Below are positions 26,788 through 36,376 of a DNA stretch of 64,000 nt, one piece after another. Origin of the DNA: an uncultured Chloroflexia bacterium. GTDB lineage: Bacteria; Chloroflexota; Ktedonobacteria; Ktedonobacterales; JADMIN01. Both the position numbers and the translations under genes were made by a program. The notes under the pieces are model-generated. The model was not told the origin of the DNA and did not search any database. It worked only from the letters and a program-made list of their open reading frames with translations. The DNA is taken from the NCBI GenBank assembly GCA_963840335.1, contig CAWIYP010000003.1, positions 4,760 through 68,759 of the forward strand, read 5' to 3'. Each line of letters begins with the position of its first letter. Position 1 is the stretch's first letter.

Positions 26788-27224
26788 GGGGGCGGCTGAT
26801 GAAGTTTTAGAAAATAGGACGAGCATTTCGCCGTAGCAAGCTGGCGAATACATTCGCGCCTGGATGGCCTGCGGGCCGCGAAGCCCGCCTTCGCGGGCTG
26901 GGTCTCGGCGAACATGGTAGCGGATGAGCAGGCGGATCGTCTGGCGTCGCCTGGTTCTTAGTCCGCGTCGGCGGACTTTGCGGCGGAACGCCATCCAGGC
27001 GCGGTTTCAACCGCCAGCCGCCCCGCGCGGCGCTCGCGTTCATTTCTAAAACATCATAAGCCGCGGCTAGGGGCGTGCGCGCCACGAAGCCTGCCTGCGC
27101 AGGCTGGGTTTCCGGCAGCGCATCGAGTGTCTGGCGGTGTCACAGCGACTGCGAAGGCGGAACCCAGGCCGCGCAGGCGGCCTTTGTGGCGCGCACGCCC
27201 CTAGCCGCGGCTTCAGCCGCCCCC
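26788..27224. repeat. Compound palindromic repeat cluster: an A-type inverted pair with a B-type inverted-pair element nested in its left arm
   Basis: GGGGGCGGCTGA (26788-26799) plus AGCCGCGGCTAGGGG (27059-27073) together equal the reverse complement of the intact right arm 27197-27224. The 259-bp insert at 26800-27058 has 13/14-matching ends TGAAGTTTTAGAAA / TGATGTTTTAGAAA (reverse complement). Confidence 0.8.
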
Positions 27225-27230
27225 GCTTGC

Positions 27231-27608
27231 TTAGTTGCGCCCCGGCTCGCCATCGCCAAAAGCATCGCCGAAATCGTCGCTATCTTCGTCAACACTGAGG
27301 GTGTCGCCCTGGTCGGCGCGATACTCATCGCTGAAGAAGCCCACTTCGGTTCCGTTGTAGGTGTTCACCAGCAAATCCTCGCGCGGCACATCAGCGGAGA
27401 GGACGAGGTCTTCGTCTATCCGCTCGATCAGCCGCGCGATTTGCTCGCGCTCCAGCGTCTTCTCCAGAATCAGCGTGCAGCGGACATCGGTCTGCGTGAA
27501 GTGCAGATCAACCGTCGCGAGGCGCTCGCCTTTGACCATGACGTGGTAGCCCTCGGATGAGGGGGTACGAAAGTGGCGGTCGAACCGCAGTTGATCCAGA
27601 TCGTCCAT
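27231..27608 (-). CDS. Hypothetical acidic protein (125 aa)
   Basis: ORF with coding-like composition; Asp/Glu-rich C-terminus (SVDEDSDDFGDAFGDGE). No family recognised. Confidence 0.55.
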   Translation of the reverse strand: MDDLDQLRFDRHFRTPSSEGYHVMVKGERLATVDLHFTQTDVRCTLILEKTLEREQIARLIERIDEDLVLSADVPREDLLVNTYNGTEVGFFSDEYRADQGDTLSVDEDSDDFGDAFGDGEPGRN

Positions 27609-27837
27609 GTCGCTCCTCCTGACGTTCGCCGCCGCCAGCTTGCTCTTTTGGTAGCACCTCGCCGATAGCGTAGCTTCTCACAGCCTTCTCCGCATGCTAT
27701 CACACCGCGACGCCCCCGTGCGAACAGGCCAATTCACGGCCCCAGCGCTGGCTTGCGCGCCAACTTGGCCCTTGCCCCGCCCCATCTCCCGACGTACCAT
27801 AGGCTACGAATAGCCTGCGCGGCGCGCTGTCGCGGGG

Positions 27838-30047
27838 GTGAGCCAGGGGAGAGCGCCGATGTCCGCCACACCGCCAGACATGAATGGAGCGCAGAGAGCC
27901 ACGGGAGCGATTCGCGTCGTGCGCGGGGCCTGTCCGCACGATTGCCCCGACACCTGCGCCACCATCACCACTGTTCAGGATGGCCGCGCCATCAGCTTCG
28001 GCGCCGCCAGCGACCACCCCATCACCCAGGGCTGGCTCTGCGCCAAGGTGCGCCCGTACCTGGAGCGTGTCTACCATCCCGACCGCCTGCCATACCGCTG
28101 CGGCGTGTCGGCCCCAAGGGCGGCGAACCGCAGTGGCGGCGCATTAGTTGGGATGAGGCGATTGGCGAGATCACCGACCGCTGGAAGACGATCATCGCGG
28201 AGTATGGCGCGGCGGCCATCCTGCCCTACTCGTATAGCGGCACGCTGGGGCTGCTCCAGCTTGGCGTCTGCGATGAGCGGCTCTGGAATCGCATGGGCGC
28301 GAGCGGACTGAACAGCGAGGCCATCTGCGGGGCCGCCGCCGAGCGCGCGGTGACGGCGACGCTGGGCGACCGCTGGGGCATCGACATGCGCGACTTCGTT
28401 CACAGCAAGCTCATCATCATCTGGGGGAATAATCCCGCCAGCACTGGCCCGCACCTGATGCCCTTCCTGCGCGAGGCGCAGCGGCGCGGCGCGTATGTCG
28501 TCGTGGTAGACGCCCGCCGCACACTCACCGCGAAGTCCGCCGATGAGTTCATCCAGCCGCTGCCCGCCACCGACGCCGCGCTGGCCCTTGGTCTGATGCA
28601 GGTCATCTTCGCCGAGGGGCTGCACGACGAGGCCTGGCTCGAAGCGCACAGTGTCGGCTGGCGCGACCTCCGCGACCGCGCGGCGAGCTATCCGCCGGAG
28701 CGGGTGGCCGCCATCACCGGCGTCGCGGCGGAGACGATCATCGCGCTGGCCCGCCGCATCGGCGCCTCGAGCCCCACCCTGCTGAAGTTCGCCGATGGGG
28801 TGCAGCGCCACGGCAACGGCGGCCAGACGGCCCGCGCGCTCGCCTGCCTCAGCGCCATCACCGGACAGATCGGCCTGCGTGGCGGCGGGCTATCCTACAG
28901 CACGAGCGGCTACATCCACTGGGACGAAGAGGCGCTGGGGCATGCCAGCGACTCGCCGCCGGAGCCGCGCATCGTCAATATCAACCGCCTGGGCGCGGCG
29001 CTCGCGGGCGAGGTGGCCGACCCGCCCATCATGTCGCTCTACGTCTACTGCGCCAATCCCGCCGCCTCCACGCCCAACACGCGGCGTGTGCTCGAAGGGC
29101 TGCGCCGCGACGACCTCTTCACCGTCGTCCATGACCTCTTCCTGACGGATAGCGCGCGTGAGGCCGACATCGTTCTACCCGCCACCAGCCAGCTAGAGCA
29201 TGTGGATCTGCACAAAGCCTATGGGCAGACGTTCCTCACCTACAATGCGCCCGCCATCGCGCCACTGGGCGAGGCCAAGAGCAACTGGGATGTCATGCGT
29301 CTGCTGGCCGCCGGGATGGGCTACGATGAGCCGTGGCTGCGGCAGGAGGCCGATGAGGTGATCGCGGAAGTGTTGGACGCCACCCGCGCGACCAACCCGC
29401 TGCTGGCGGGGATTACGCTGGAGCGGCTGAAGGCGGAGGGCGCTATTCCGCTGGCCTTCGCGCCGGGACAGGAAGTTCCCTTCGCCGACCTGCGCTTCCC
29501 GACGCCTTCGGGCAAGGTGGAGTTACGCAGCGAGCGCATGGCCGCCGAGGGGCTGGATCCGCTGCCCGACTACACGCCGCCCGCCGAGTACGCGGGCTGG
29601 GCCGAGCGGCGTGCGGCGGGCGAGGATGACCGCCTGGCGCTGATCTCCGGCGCGGCGCACCACTTCGTCTCCAGCAGCCTGGCGAACCTGCCCAGTCTGC
29701 TCAAGCGCGAGGGTGAGCCGTTCATCGAGCTGCACCCAGAGGATGCAGAGGCGCGTGGCATTGCTGATGGCGACCTCGTTGAGGTGAGCAATGCGCGTGG
29801 GTCGTGCCAGCTTCGCGCCCGGCTGACGACGACGGCGCAGCGCGGGGTCGCTGTCTCGCCCAAGGGCCACTGGCCCGGCCTCACCGCTGATGGCCGCAAC
29901 ATCAACTGGACGACCTCTGACGAACTGGGCGACATTGCCGGACAGAGCACATTCCACAGCAACCTCGTGCGGGTACGGCCCGTCGCGCCTGGCGACGCGG
30001 AGAAATCCACCGCAACCGTTGGCGCGGCTCCGGTGTTTCACCCCTAG
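27838..30047 (+). CDS. Molybdopterin oxidoreductase family protein with N-terminal 4Fe-4S motif; one frameshift as sequenced
   Basis: N-terminal ~85 aa (CPHDCPDTCA...GWLCAKVRPYLERVYHPDRLPY) are in the frame of ORF 27838-28311. The rest (PLRRVGPKGGEPQWRRISWDEA onward) is in ORF 27753-30047. The junction is one missing base in the C run at ~28093-28097. Confidence 0.8.
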
Positions 30048-30095
30048 GCGCGTGAACCTGCGCGCCGTGCGGCTGGCGGGAGTGCGCCAGCCGAC

Positions 30096-31061
30096 ATGGG
30101 GAGCGAGGACGATTGGGTGAAAGCGCGCGACTTTGGGGCGCTCATCGCGCTCGCCGCTGTATGGGGCGGCTCATTCCTGTTCATCCGAATCGCGGCGCCT
30201 GTTGTGGGGCCAGTCGCGCTGGCGGAGACGCGCGTTCTCCTGGCGGGGGCGGGGCTGCTGCTCTACGCCGGGGCCATGCGCGTTGACCTGGAGCTGCGAC
30301 GGCGGTGGAAGAGCTTCCTGGCCATCGGAATACTGAACTCAGCGATTCCCTTCGTCTTCATCGGTGCGGGGGAGCTGTATCTCACGTCCGGCATGGCCGC
30401 CATCCTGAATGCCACGACACCGCTCTTTGGCGCGCTCGTCGCCGCCTTCTGGATTCACGAACGCCTCTCCATCGGAAAGATTGTGGGGCTGGCCATTGGC
30501 CTGTTCGGCGTCGTGGCGTTGATGGGCTGGAGCGCGCTGCCCGCGACTGCCAGCAGTGCGCTGGCGGTGGGCGCGGCGTTGCTGGGCGCGCTCTCCTATG
30601 GCCTCGCGGGCGTCTATGCCAAGCGCGCCTTCGCGGGTGTCGCGCCGCTAGCCACCGCGACCGGGCAACAACTCGGCGCGATGGTGGCGCTGACGCCGCT
30701 TGCGTTGCCCGTGGTGGCGACGACCGCGCCGTGGACGCATCTGACGGCGGAAGTCGCCTGGGCGATTGTGATTCTGGCGCTGGTCTGCACCTCAGCCGCG
30801 TACATCGTCTATTTCTCGCTCATTGCCAGCGTGGGGCCGACGCCCGCGCTGAGTGTGACCTTTCTGGTTCCGATCTTCAGCCTGCTCTGGGGCGCGCTGT
30901 TCCTGGGCGAGCGTGTGACGCCGGGAACATTCGGCGGGATGGCGATCATCTTTGTTGGCGTTCTGCTGGTCATGGGCGCGCGTCTGCCACGCCGCAAGCG
31001 GCTCGCGCAGGGCGCCGCCAGCATCAGCGGGCGCGGCCATCCGGCGGAGGTGGGCCGATGA
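30096..31061 (+). CDS. EamA/DMT-family transporter (10 TM)
   Basis: Two EamA repeats. Hydrophobic throughout (ALIALAAVWGGSFLFIRI...). Confidence 0.85.
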   Translation: MGSEDDWVKARDFGALIALAAVWGGSFLFIRIAAPVVGPVALAETRVLLAGAGLLLYAGAMRVDLELRRRWKSFLAIGILNSAIPFVFIGAGELYLTSGMAAILNATTPLFGALVAAFWIHERLSIGKIVGLAIGLFGVVALMGWSALPATASSALAVGAALLGALSYGLAGVYAKRAFAGVAPLATATGQQLGAMVALTPLALPVVATTAPWTHLTAEVAWAIVILALVCTSAAYIVYFSLIASVGPTPALSVTFLVPIFSLLWGALFLGERVTPGTFGGMAIIFVGVLLVMGARLPRRKRLAQGAASISGRGHPAEVGR

Positions 31062-31726
31062 GCGCGGCTACAAAGACGCCGCGCCAGGAGTGTACGATGA
31101 CCTGTGATGAAGCGCTGGCCCTCGCGCTCGCGGAGGATCTCGACGGCGCATTCGAGCGTTTCGCCCGCGCCTGGGAGCAGCGGCTCTACGCCTTTGCCCT
31201 GCGCATGACCGGGCGCCCGCGCGACGCCGAGGAGCTGGCGGAGGAGACCCTGACGCAGGCCTGGCGGGCGCTGACGGACTACACGCCAGCGCGACGGCGG
31301 GAGCTGCGCCTGCAACCCTGGCTCTTCCAGATTGCCGCGAACCTGGCCCGCAATCGCGCACGCTCCGCGCGCCGCCACGACACGCTCTCGCTCGATGGCG
31401 CCGCCCCAGCCAGCGATGGCGGCGCGGGTGAGCCGGGCGCGCTGGCCGAGCGCATCGCCGACGACGATCCGCTGGGCATGCCAGAAGTGGCGCTGGCGCG
31501 CGAGCAACGCCTGGCCGACCTCGCGGCGCTGCTGCTGACGCTGCCAGAGACCCAGCGCGTCGCGGTGATCCTGCGGCATGTCGAAGGGATGGGTTATGCG
31601 GCCATCGCTGAGGCGATGTGTGAGCCAGTGGGAACCGTCAAATCGCATGTGAACCGTGGTGTGGCGCGGCTGCGCCGTGCGCTGGAGCGCGAGCGCCTGA
31701 TCGAGGCGCGGGAGGTAGCGCGATGA
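31058..31726 (+). CDS. ECF-type sigma-70 family RNA polymerase sigma factor
   Basis: Region 2 reads RDAEELAEETLTQAWRAL...QPWLFQIAANLARN. Region 4 reads LPETQRVAVILRHVEGMGYAAIAEAMCEPVGTVKSHVNRG. The ATG overlaps the EamA stop (ATGA at 31058-31061). RBS GGAGG upstream. Confidence 0.88.
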   Translation: MSAATKTPRQECTMTCDEALALALAEDLDGAFERFARAWEQRLYAFALRMTGRPRDAEELAEETLTQAWRALTDYTPARRRELRLQPWLFQIAANLARNRARSARRHDTLSLDGAAPASDGGAGEPGALAERIADDDPLGMPEVALAREQRLADLAALLLTLPETQRVAVILRHVEGMGYAAIAEAMCEPVGTVKSHVNRGVARLRRALERERLIEAREVAR

Positions 31727-32550
31727 ACGACAAGCAAACACCCACCCCGGCGAGCGCCCACCGCGCGCTGCTCAGCGACTGCCGCGCGCTGGGCAAGGCG
31801 ACCACCACGGCGCCGATCGCCGAGGATGCGCTGATCCAACTGGGGCGGGCCGACGCCTACACGACCATCGAGACGCCGCTGGGAACGGTCTACGTCGCCT
31901 GGAATGCGCGCGGCCTCTCCGCCGTCACGCGGTCAGACTCGGCTGGCGACTTCGAGGTATTCGCGGCGGACCTGCTGGGGCGCAAGGTCTATCCCAGGGA
32001 AGCGGCGCCGGAGCGACTGACCCGCGCGATGGCGGCCTGGCTGGCGGGCGACCGGCGGGCGGCGCTCACCTTTGACCTGCGCGGTGTGACGCCGTTCGTG
32101 CGTGATGCGCTGCTCAAGGCGCGCGAGATTCCGCATGGCGAGGTGCGCCCGTATAGCTGGATCGCGCGTGAGATCGGGCATCCTCACGCGGTGCGCGCGG
32201 TCGGCACGGCGATGGCGCGCAACCCCATCCCGCTCTTCATCCCCTGCCACCGCGTCGTCCGCGCGGACGGGCATCTGGGCGCGTACGGGCTGGGCGGCCC
32301 AGAGTCGAAGAAGCGCATTCTTAGCGCCGAGGGGATAGATGTCGCGGAGGTCGAGGCGCTCGCGAGCGCGGGCGTGCGCTATGTTGGCAGCGACTCATCC
32401 TCGCACGTCTACTGCTATCCGACATGCCATCACGCCTACCGCATCGCCGATGAGCATCGTGTCACCTTCGCCAGCGAGGAGGAGGCGCACGACGCGGGCT
32501 ATCGCCCCTGCCACAACTGTCGCCCACCCGAGGCGCTGCTGGCAGGCTGA
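31723..32550 (+). CDS. Methylated-DNA-protein-cysteine methyltransferase (MGMT/Ogt) with a C-terminal Ada-type zinc-binding domain
   Basis: MGMT active site IPCHRVV, with YSWIAREIG. C-terminal region YCYPTCHHAYRIADEHRVTFASEEEAHDAGYRPCHNCRP. The ATG overlaps the sigma-factor stop (ATGA at 31723-31726). Confidence 0.88.
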   Translation: MNDKQTPTPASAHRALLSDCRALGKATTTAPIAEDALIQLGRADAYTTIETPLGTVYVAWNARGLSAVTRSDSAGDFEVFAADLLGRKVYPREAAPERLTRAMAAWLAGDRRAALTFDLRGVTPFVRDALLKAREIPHGEVRPYSWIAREIGHPHAVRAVGTAMARNPIPLFIPCHRVVRADGHLGAYGLGGPESKKRILSAEGIDVAEVEALASAGVRYVGSDSSSHVYCYPTCHHAYRIADEHRVTFASEEEAHDAGYRPCHNCRPPEALLAG

Positions 32551-33158
32551 GCCGCGCGACGGCGCGGGAGCGGGCGGTGATTAACGTATTGATTGGGAAA
32601 TGACCTGGCGCGCGTCGGCTGGCGAAAGATGGTGCTGTATCTTTGCCAGACATCGTTCTCTTAGGTGAGAACGCTCGCCACTGAGGCTTATCGGCCAGGC
32701 GCGCGCCGTTAGTTCTTAAAACGTATCTTTTTATTTTGACTCTTGTCCAATTCCAACGCCACAGGCAAGCGCATGAAATGGTCGAACACCAGCGGCGCCT
32801 TGCTTCATTGCTTGTCGCTGTCGCGCCGCAATGGGTCAGGTTACGCTCAGACACGCTGACTCTCGCCGAAGACCAGGTCATAGTGAACCTTTCCTCCATC
32901 ACTGGGGCCGTGCGTCGCCCAGATTGCCAACAATACTTACGCCGTGTCCACAGCTGGTTTCCCCCTGTATGCGCAAAGTGGCGCAACACAGTTGCGAAAT
33001 GTGGTTGTGAAGGCCAACCGCGCAGGATTGACACCTATCGGACGCCGACATACACTTCGCCACAGTTGGCAGGTTGGGGCTGTCTTGTGACCAATCCTCA
33101 TGGGCCTGCTCGCCACGCGACAAAGCACGCTACCGTGTGACAGTGAGGAGCGCTCTTT

Positions 33159-34856
33159 ATGGAACCAATCATGGAGCCAATCGCGCACCATCGCCGCTTC
33201 CGCCTCCCTGTAGTGCTTGCTGGTAATGTGTTTGTACTTGTGCTGATCCTCGCATGCTGCAATCCTGGCCCTACCACATCAGGCCACGCCAGCGTCACCA
33301 TCTGCGCCAATGATGCGGCGCGTGCGCTCGACTTTCCCGCGGACGCATGCTTCAGCGGAACGTTCCATGCGGTTGGACAGGCTGAGTCGCTGCGTATCGC
33401 GGCAGTCGATAAGAGCGGGAACCCGCTCAAACAGCGGCAACTCAACGTGACCGTCAGCGGCGCTAATGCGCGCGCCGCGACCGTGACCACCGATGGCGGA
33501 GGACTCGCGACGTATACCTATACAGCCATCAATGCGGGGACAGACGCTATCCAGGTGGCGGTCTCGAATGACAGCGCAAGCAAGTCAGCGCGCTCTGCGG
33601 TAGTGCACTGGATCACGCCTCAGCACTTATCGCATCCGATCATCCTCGTGCATGGTATCCGTGAGGACGCCGGTGACTTCGCCCATCAGTTCAATCCAGG
33701 ATCAGTGACAGATAGCGATCAGGCGAGCGACGCGCAGGAGCAAACCTGGACGTCGTTGATAGAAGGACTGAAGCTCGTCTATGATCCTGGATCCATGGAG
33801 GCTTTCTGCTACGTGGATGATGTCGCGTGGGTGAAGACTCCTGCCGCCTGTCCGGGAATCGAGGCGCCGACCTGTGACACGTCGCTGCCGGTGAATAGCT
33901 CCTCGCTCAATGCCTGCGCCAGCCAGAGCTCCGTAGATCTGAACGGGGTCACGCTCGCGCATGTCATCAAGGATCTCAGCGCGCGCAACGGTGGCAAGAA
34001 AGTGACGCTGCTTGCATACAGCATGGGAACCGCTATCGTGCGAACATTACTGGCGGGCTGCCTGAACTCGTTCGGCCCGACCGACCAGCTGGACTGCGCC
34101 AATGCCGGCCAGCTCGTGGATAACGCCTTCTTCCTGAATGGCGCGCAGCAAGGCTCATGGCTGCTCACTATCAAGCGCGGCTATGATCCGTCGACGCTCG
34201 CGGGCGATAACATTCCTGACACTGCCAGCTCACCGTTTACCTCAGTACTCCCGCTGATCGCCCAGAGTATTACCGGCGCGGTCAATGACAAGCTGGGAAT
34301 CAATCTCAATAACGGCGCTGAGACCGACCTCTCGCCGCAAAGCGCGAACATCCTCGCGCACAACAGCGTGCAGCCTGTGTCGGCTGTCAACCTCTATACC
34401 TTCTACGGTGACATCGAGTTCGGCATGGATGTGAACTTCTATGTGTACACGCTTCCTGCGACGAACACCCTGCCGTTAGGTGACCTGGTAATGCTCGCGC
34501 AAAACGACAATCCCCTGGCCTCGCCATTATGGGGTGGAGGCTCACTCTGCGACAACTGCGGCGCGCTGGTGAACGGGTATCACAGCAACGGGCGCTATCA
34601 TGCCTGGGCGCTCACCCAGCGGTATATCGTGAACATCAATGGTCTGGCGCCGCTGCTCTCCGCGCCCGACGCGGTCTCCGCATTTCAGGGAGTGCTCCAG
34701 TCACCGGCGCAGCACTTGAACGTATCTCAGCCCGTCGCCCAGGCGCCTGGGTCCACGCTCCAGGTGGCGGACGCGACTGGGCTCGCTGGCGCCACGACGA
34801 CTGACATGCCGTATGAGATTCTGCTCACGTTGATGCACAGCGATGGGTTGATCTAG
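33159..34856 (+). CDS. Secreted lipoprotein with an Ig-like domain and an alpha/beta-hydrolase lipase/esterase domain
   Basis: Lipobox LILAC. Ig-like segment LNVTVSGANARAATVTTDGGGLATYTYTA. HPIILVHGI, and the nucleophile elbow AYSMG (an AxSxG variant, as in small Bacillus lipases). RBS GAGGAG upstream. Local GC is about 10 points below its surroundings. Confidence 0.75.
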   Translation: MEPIMEPIAHHRRFRLPVVLAGNVFVLVLILACCNPGPTTSGHASVTICANDAARALDFPADACFSGTFHAVGQAESLRIAAVDKSGNPLKQRQLNVTVSGANARAATVTTDGGGLATYTYTAINAGTDAIQVAVSNDSASKSARSAVVHWITPQHLSHPIILVHGIREDAGDFAHQFNPGSVTDSDQASDAQEQTWTSLIEGLKLVYDPGSMEAFCYVDDVAWVKTPAACPGIEAPTCDTSLPVNSSSLNACASQSSVDLNGVTLAHVIKDLSARNGGKKVTLLAYSMGTAIVRTLLAGCLNSFGPTDQLDCANAGQLVDNAFFLNGAQQGSWLLTIKRGYDPSTLAGDNIPDTASSPFTSVLPLIAQSITGAVNDKLGINLNNGAETDLSPQSANILAHNSVQPVSAVNLYTFYGDIEFGMDVNFYVYTLPATNTLPLGDLVMLAQNDNPLASPLWGGGSLCDNCGALVNGYHSNGRYHAWALTQRYIVNINGLAPLLSAPDAVSAFQGVLQSPAQHLNVSQPVAQAPGSTLQVADATGLAGATTTDMPYEILLTLMHSDGLI

Positions 34857-34877
34857 CGAAGGCGAAGGAGGCACTAG

Positions 34878-35975
34878 ATGAAAAGGTCGAACAGGTCTCG
34901 TTCTCTCCGGCAGGATCGCTTGCGGCGCATATCGCAGCGCACAACGCAGCGCGCAATGTGGCGTTCAGTCTTCGCTACACGCTGGTCCGCGATACAGCGG
35001 CGCGGCCTTGGCGGTCGTATAGGGGCTGCTGCTCTGCTCATGGTGTGCGCATCGCTGTTGACTGGCGCGCGATTGGGTGGCGCAGCGGGAATGGGACCCA
35101 GCAAGCAGTACACCGCGCTTCGCGTGAGCCCGCCATCGGGCTTTCCGCAGGTGGCGCGGTGGATTGATGTGAATCATGGCACATCCTATACGCTTGATCT
35201 TCGAGGGAACGCCTCAAGAGGCGTGTTGGTGGCGGCGGCTGGCTATCGGTTCACCTTCACGACACCCACTGGTGATCAACTGGCGGCATCGCTCCCAATC
35301 ACAAAGCTCGCGGATGGCTCGTACACGCAGTCGACGCCGGTCAACTCCACGACGGGGGCGCTCACATGCCTCCAAGGTGTGCTACGCCTGAGCAAGAGTA
35401 GCGGAGGGGCGCAAGGTATCGTCTATACGCTGGTGACGCGCTTCGACCAGTATGCGATGGTAGCCTATGCGCATCTGGTGTACGCATCGACGCGCGACAA
35501 GGCAGGCGCGGCGGGTGTCTGTTCGGGACAGACGGGTCAAGGTAGTGAACAAGCGCTTGACATGTTGTCAGGTTGCACGGTGAGCGACTGCGCCAGCCCG
35601 GTAGATACCGCGGGGCCAACGGTTACCGCGTTCGATTCGTCGGTGGTGGGCGCCGCCAAGCAAGGGAGTCCGCAGTCGTGGAAGAAGATCTATGCGGGCA
35701 CGTCACGTGTCATGACAGCGCAGTATGGCGGCGATCGCTTCGGGACGCTCATCGCGCAGCAGGCTCAGAAGAAGGGGCGCATCAAGTCCATCACGCCGTC
35801 GAATTCGTCTCCGCAGGTCCAGTTTGACGCGGCGGGGCAGGCATACTTCACCGTGACGGACGCGGTGGGGCTGGATAAGGGAGGTGGTAACACCTCGGTG
35901 GTCACCGTCACCACATATTACCTTCTGGAATCAGGTCAGTGGGTGTTCTGGTTCTCGATGCCTGTGGGATCCTGA
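34878..35975 (+). CDS. Hypothetical secreted protein (Thr/Gly/Ser/Val-rich, beta-type composition)
   Basis: Strong RBS GAAGGAGG. Basic N-terminus, then the hydrophobic segment AAALLMVCASLLTGARLGGAAG. Lies 21 nt after the lipase gene. No family recognised. Confidence 0.7.
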   Translation: MKRSNRSRSLRQDRLRRISQRTTQRAMWRSVFATRWSAIQRRGLGGRIGAAALLMVCASLLTGARLGGAAGMGPSKQYTALRVSPPSGFPQVARWIDVNHGTSYTLDLRGNASRGVLVAAAGYRFTFTTPTGDQLAASLPITKLADGSYTQSTPVNSTTGALTCLQGVLRLSKSSGGAQGIVYTLVTRFDQYAMVAYAHLVYASTRDKAGAAGVCSGQTGQGSEQALDMLSGCTVSDCASPVDTAGPTVTAFDSSVVGAAKQGSPQSWKKIYAGTSRVMTAQYGGDRFGTLIAQQAQKKGRIKSITPSNSSPQVQFDAAGQAYFTVTDAVGLDKGGGNTSVVTVTTYYLLESGQWVFWFSMPVGS

Positions 35976-36235
35976 CAAGCTAAGGCTTTAGCCCCTGCGG
36001 AGCGCCAACGAAGGGAATCCCGCCTCAAGCTGCGCTCGTTGAATGGCAGCGAGAGCTGGGCTTCTCTTTGGCTTTCGTCCCTGGACATAGAGTGATACAG
36101 CCTGGATTCCGCAGGTTGCGACGACGCATCTCTCGACTTTCCACGCGGATGCTGGAAAGCCCGAATTGAAGCCGAGAAGGCCCCCAGCGATGGTGCTAAG
36201 TAGGTGGCCAATACGATCTGGAGGCGCCACCAAGT

Positions 36236-36257
36236 AGGGGCGGGTTCACCCGCCCCT
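36236..36257. other. Isolated GC-rich hairpin sharing the GGGGCGGGT..ACCCGC core of the A-type repeats
   Basis: AGGGGCGGGTTCACCCGCCCCT is a perfect palindrome. It lies in a 400-bp noncoding gap between convergent genes. Confidence 0.45.
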
Positions 36258-36376
36258 TCCTCGTCTTCCACATGCGATTGGCTATTCACTTAGGGGATCT
36301 TCTCAGGTGCGCATGCGAGATTCATTGCCAAGCCATGGCTTGCCCAAACAAGCTAAACAGCAGACATCCAGGCGGC

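Noticed and set aside
26788-27224. The repeat clusters (also 43801-44085, 57670-57855 and 59911-60196) as CRISPR arrays.
   Set aside because: The units are in inverted rather than direct orientation and have no regular repeat-spacer periodicity. Each locus has only two to four units, and no cas genes are present.
18206-30047. The two molybdopterin oxidoreductases as selenoproteins served by the nearby selB.
   Set aside because: Both reading frames are continuous apart from the single 1-nt frameshift at ~28095. They have Cys codons in the N-terminal cluster and no in-frame TGA at the position used by Sec-containing formate dehydrogenases.
30305-31726. A 473-aa ORF spanning the EamA and sigma-factor genes.
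   Set aside because: Its first ~250 aa are an alternative frame of the EamA transporter gene (Arg/Gly-rich, no motifs). Only the part from ATG 31058 matches an ECF sigma factor.
32736-33140. A 134-aa plus-strand ORF and a 190-aa minus-strand ORF in the 608-bp gap upstream of the lipase gene.
   Set aside because: No RBS, unusual composition (Cys/Trp/Arg-rich), mutually overlapping and no motifs. They are left unannotated, though a small gene or ncRNA in this gap cannot be excluded.
35976-36376. A possible structured RNA gene (an RNase P-like GGAAAGTC string on the minus strand near 36135-36147) in the 400-bp noncoding gap.
   Set aside because: Only one short motif matches. The other universally conserved RNase P, tmRNA or SRP elements are absent, and the gap is too short for RNase P RNA.
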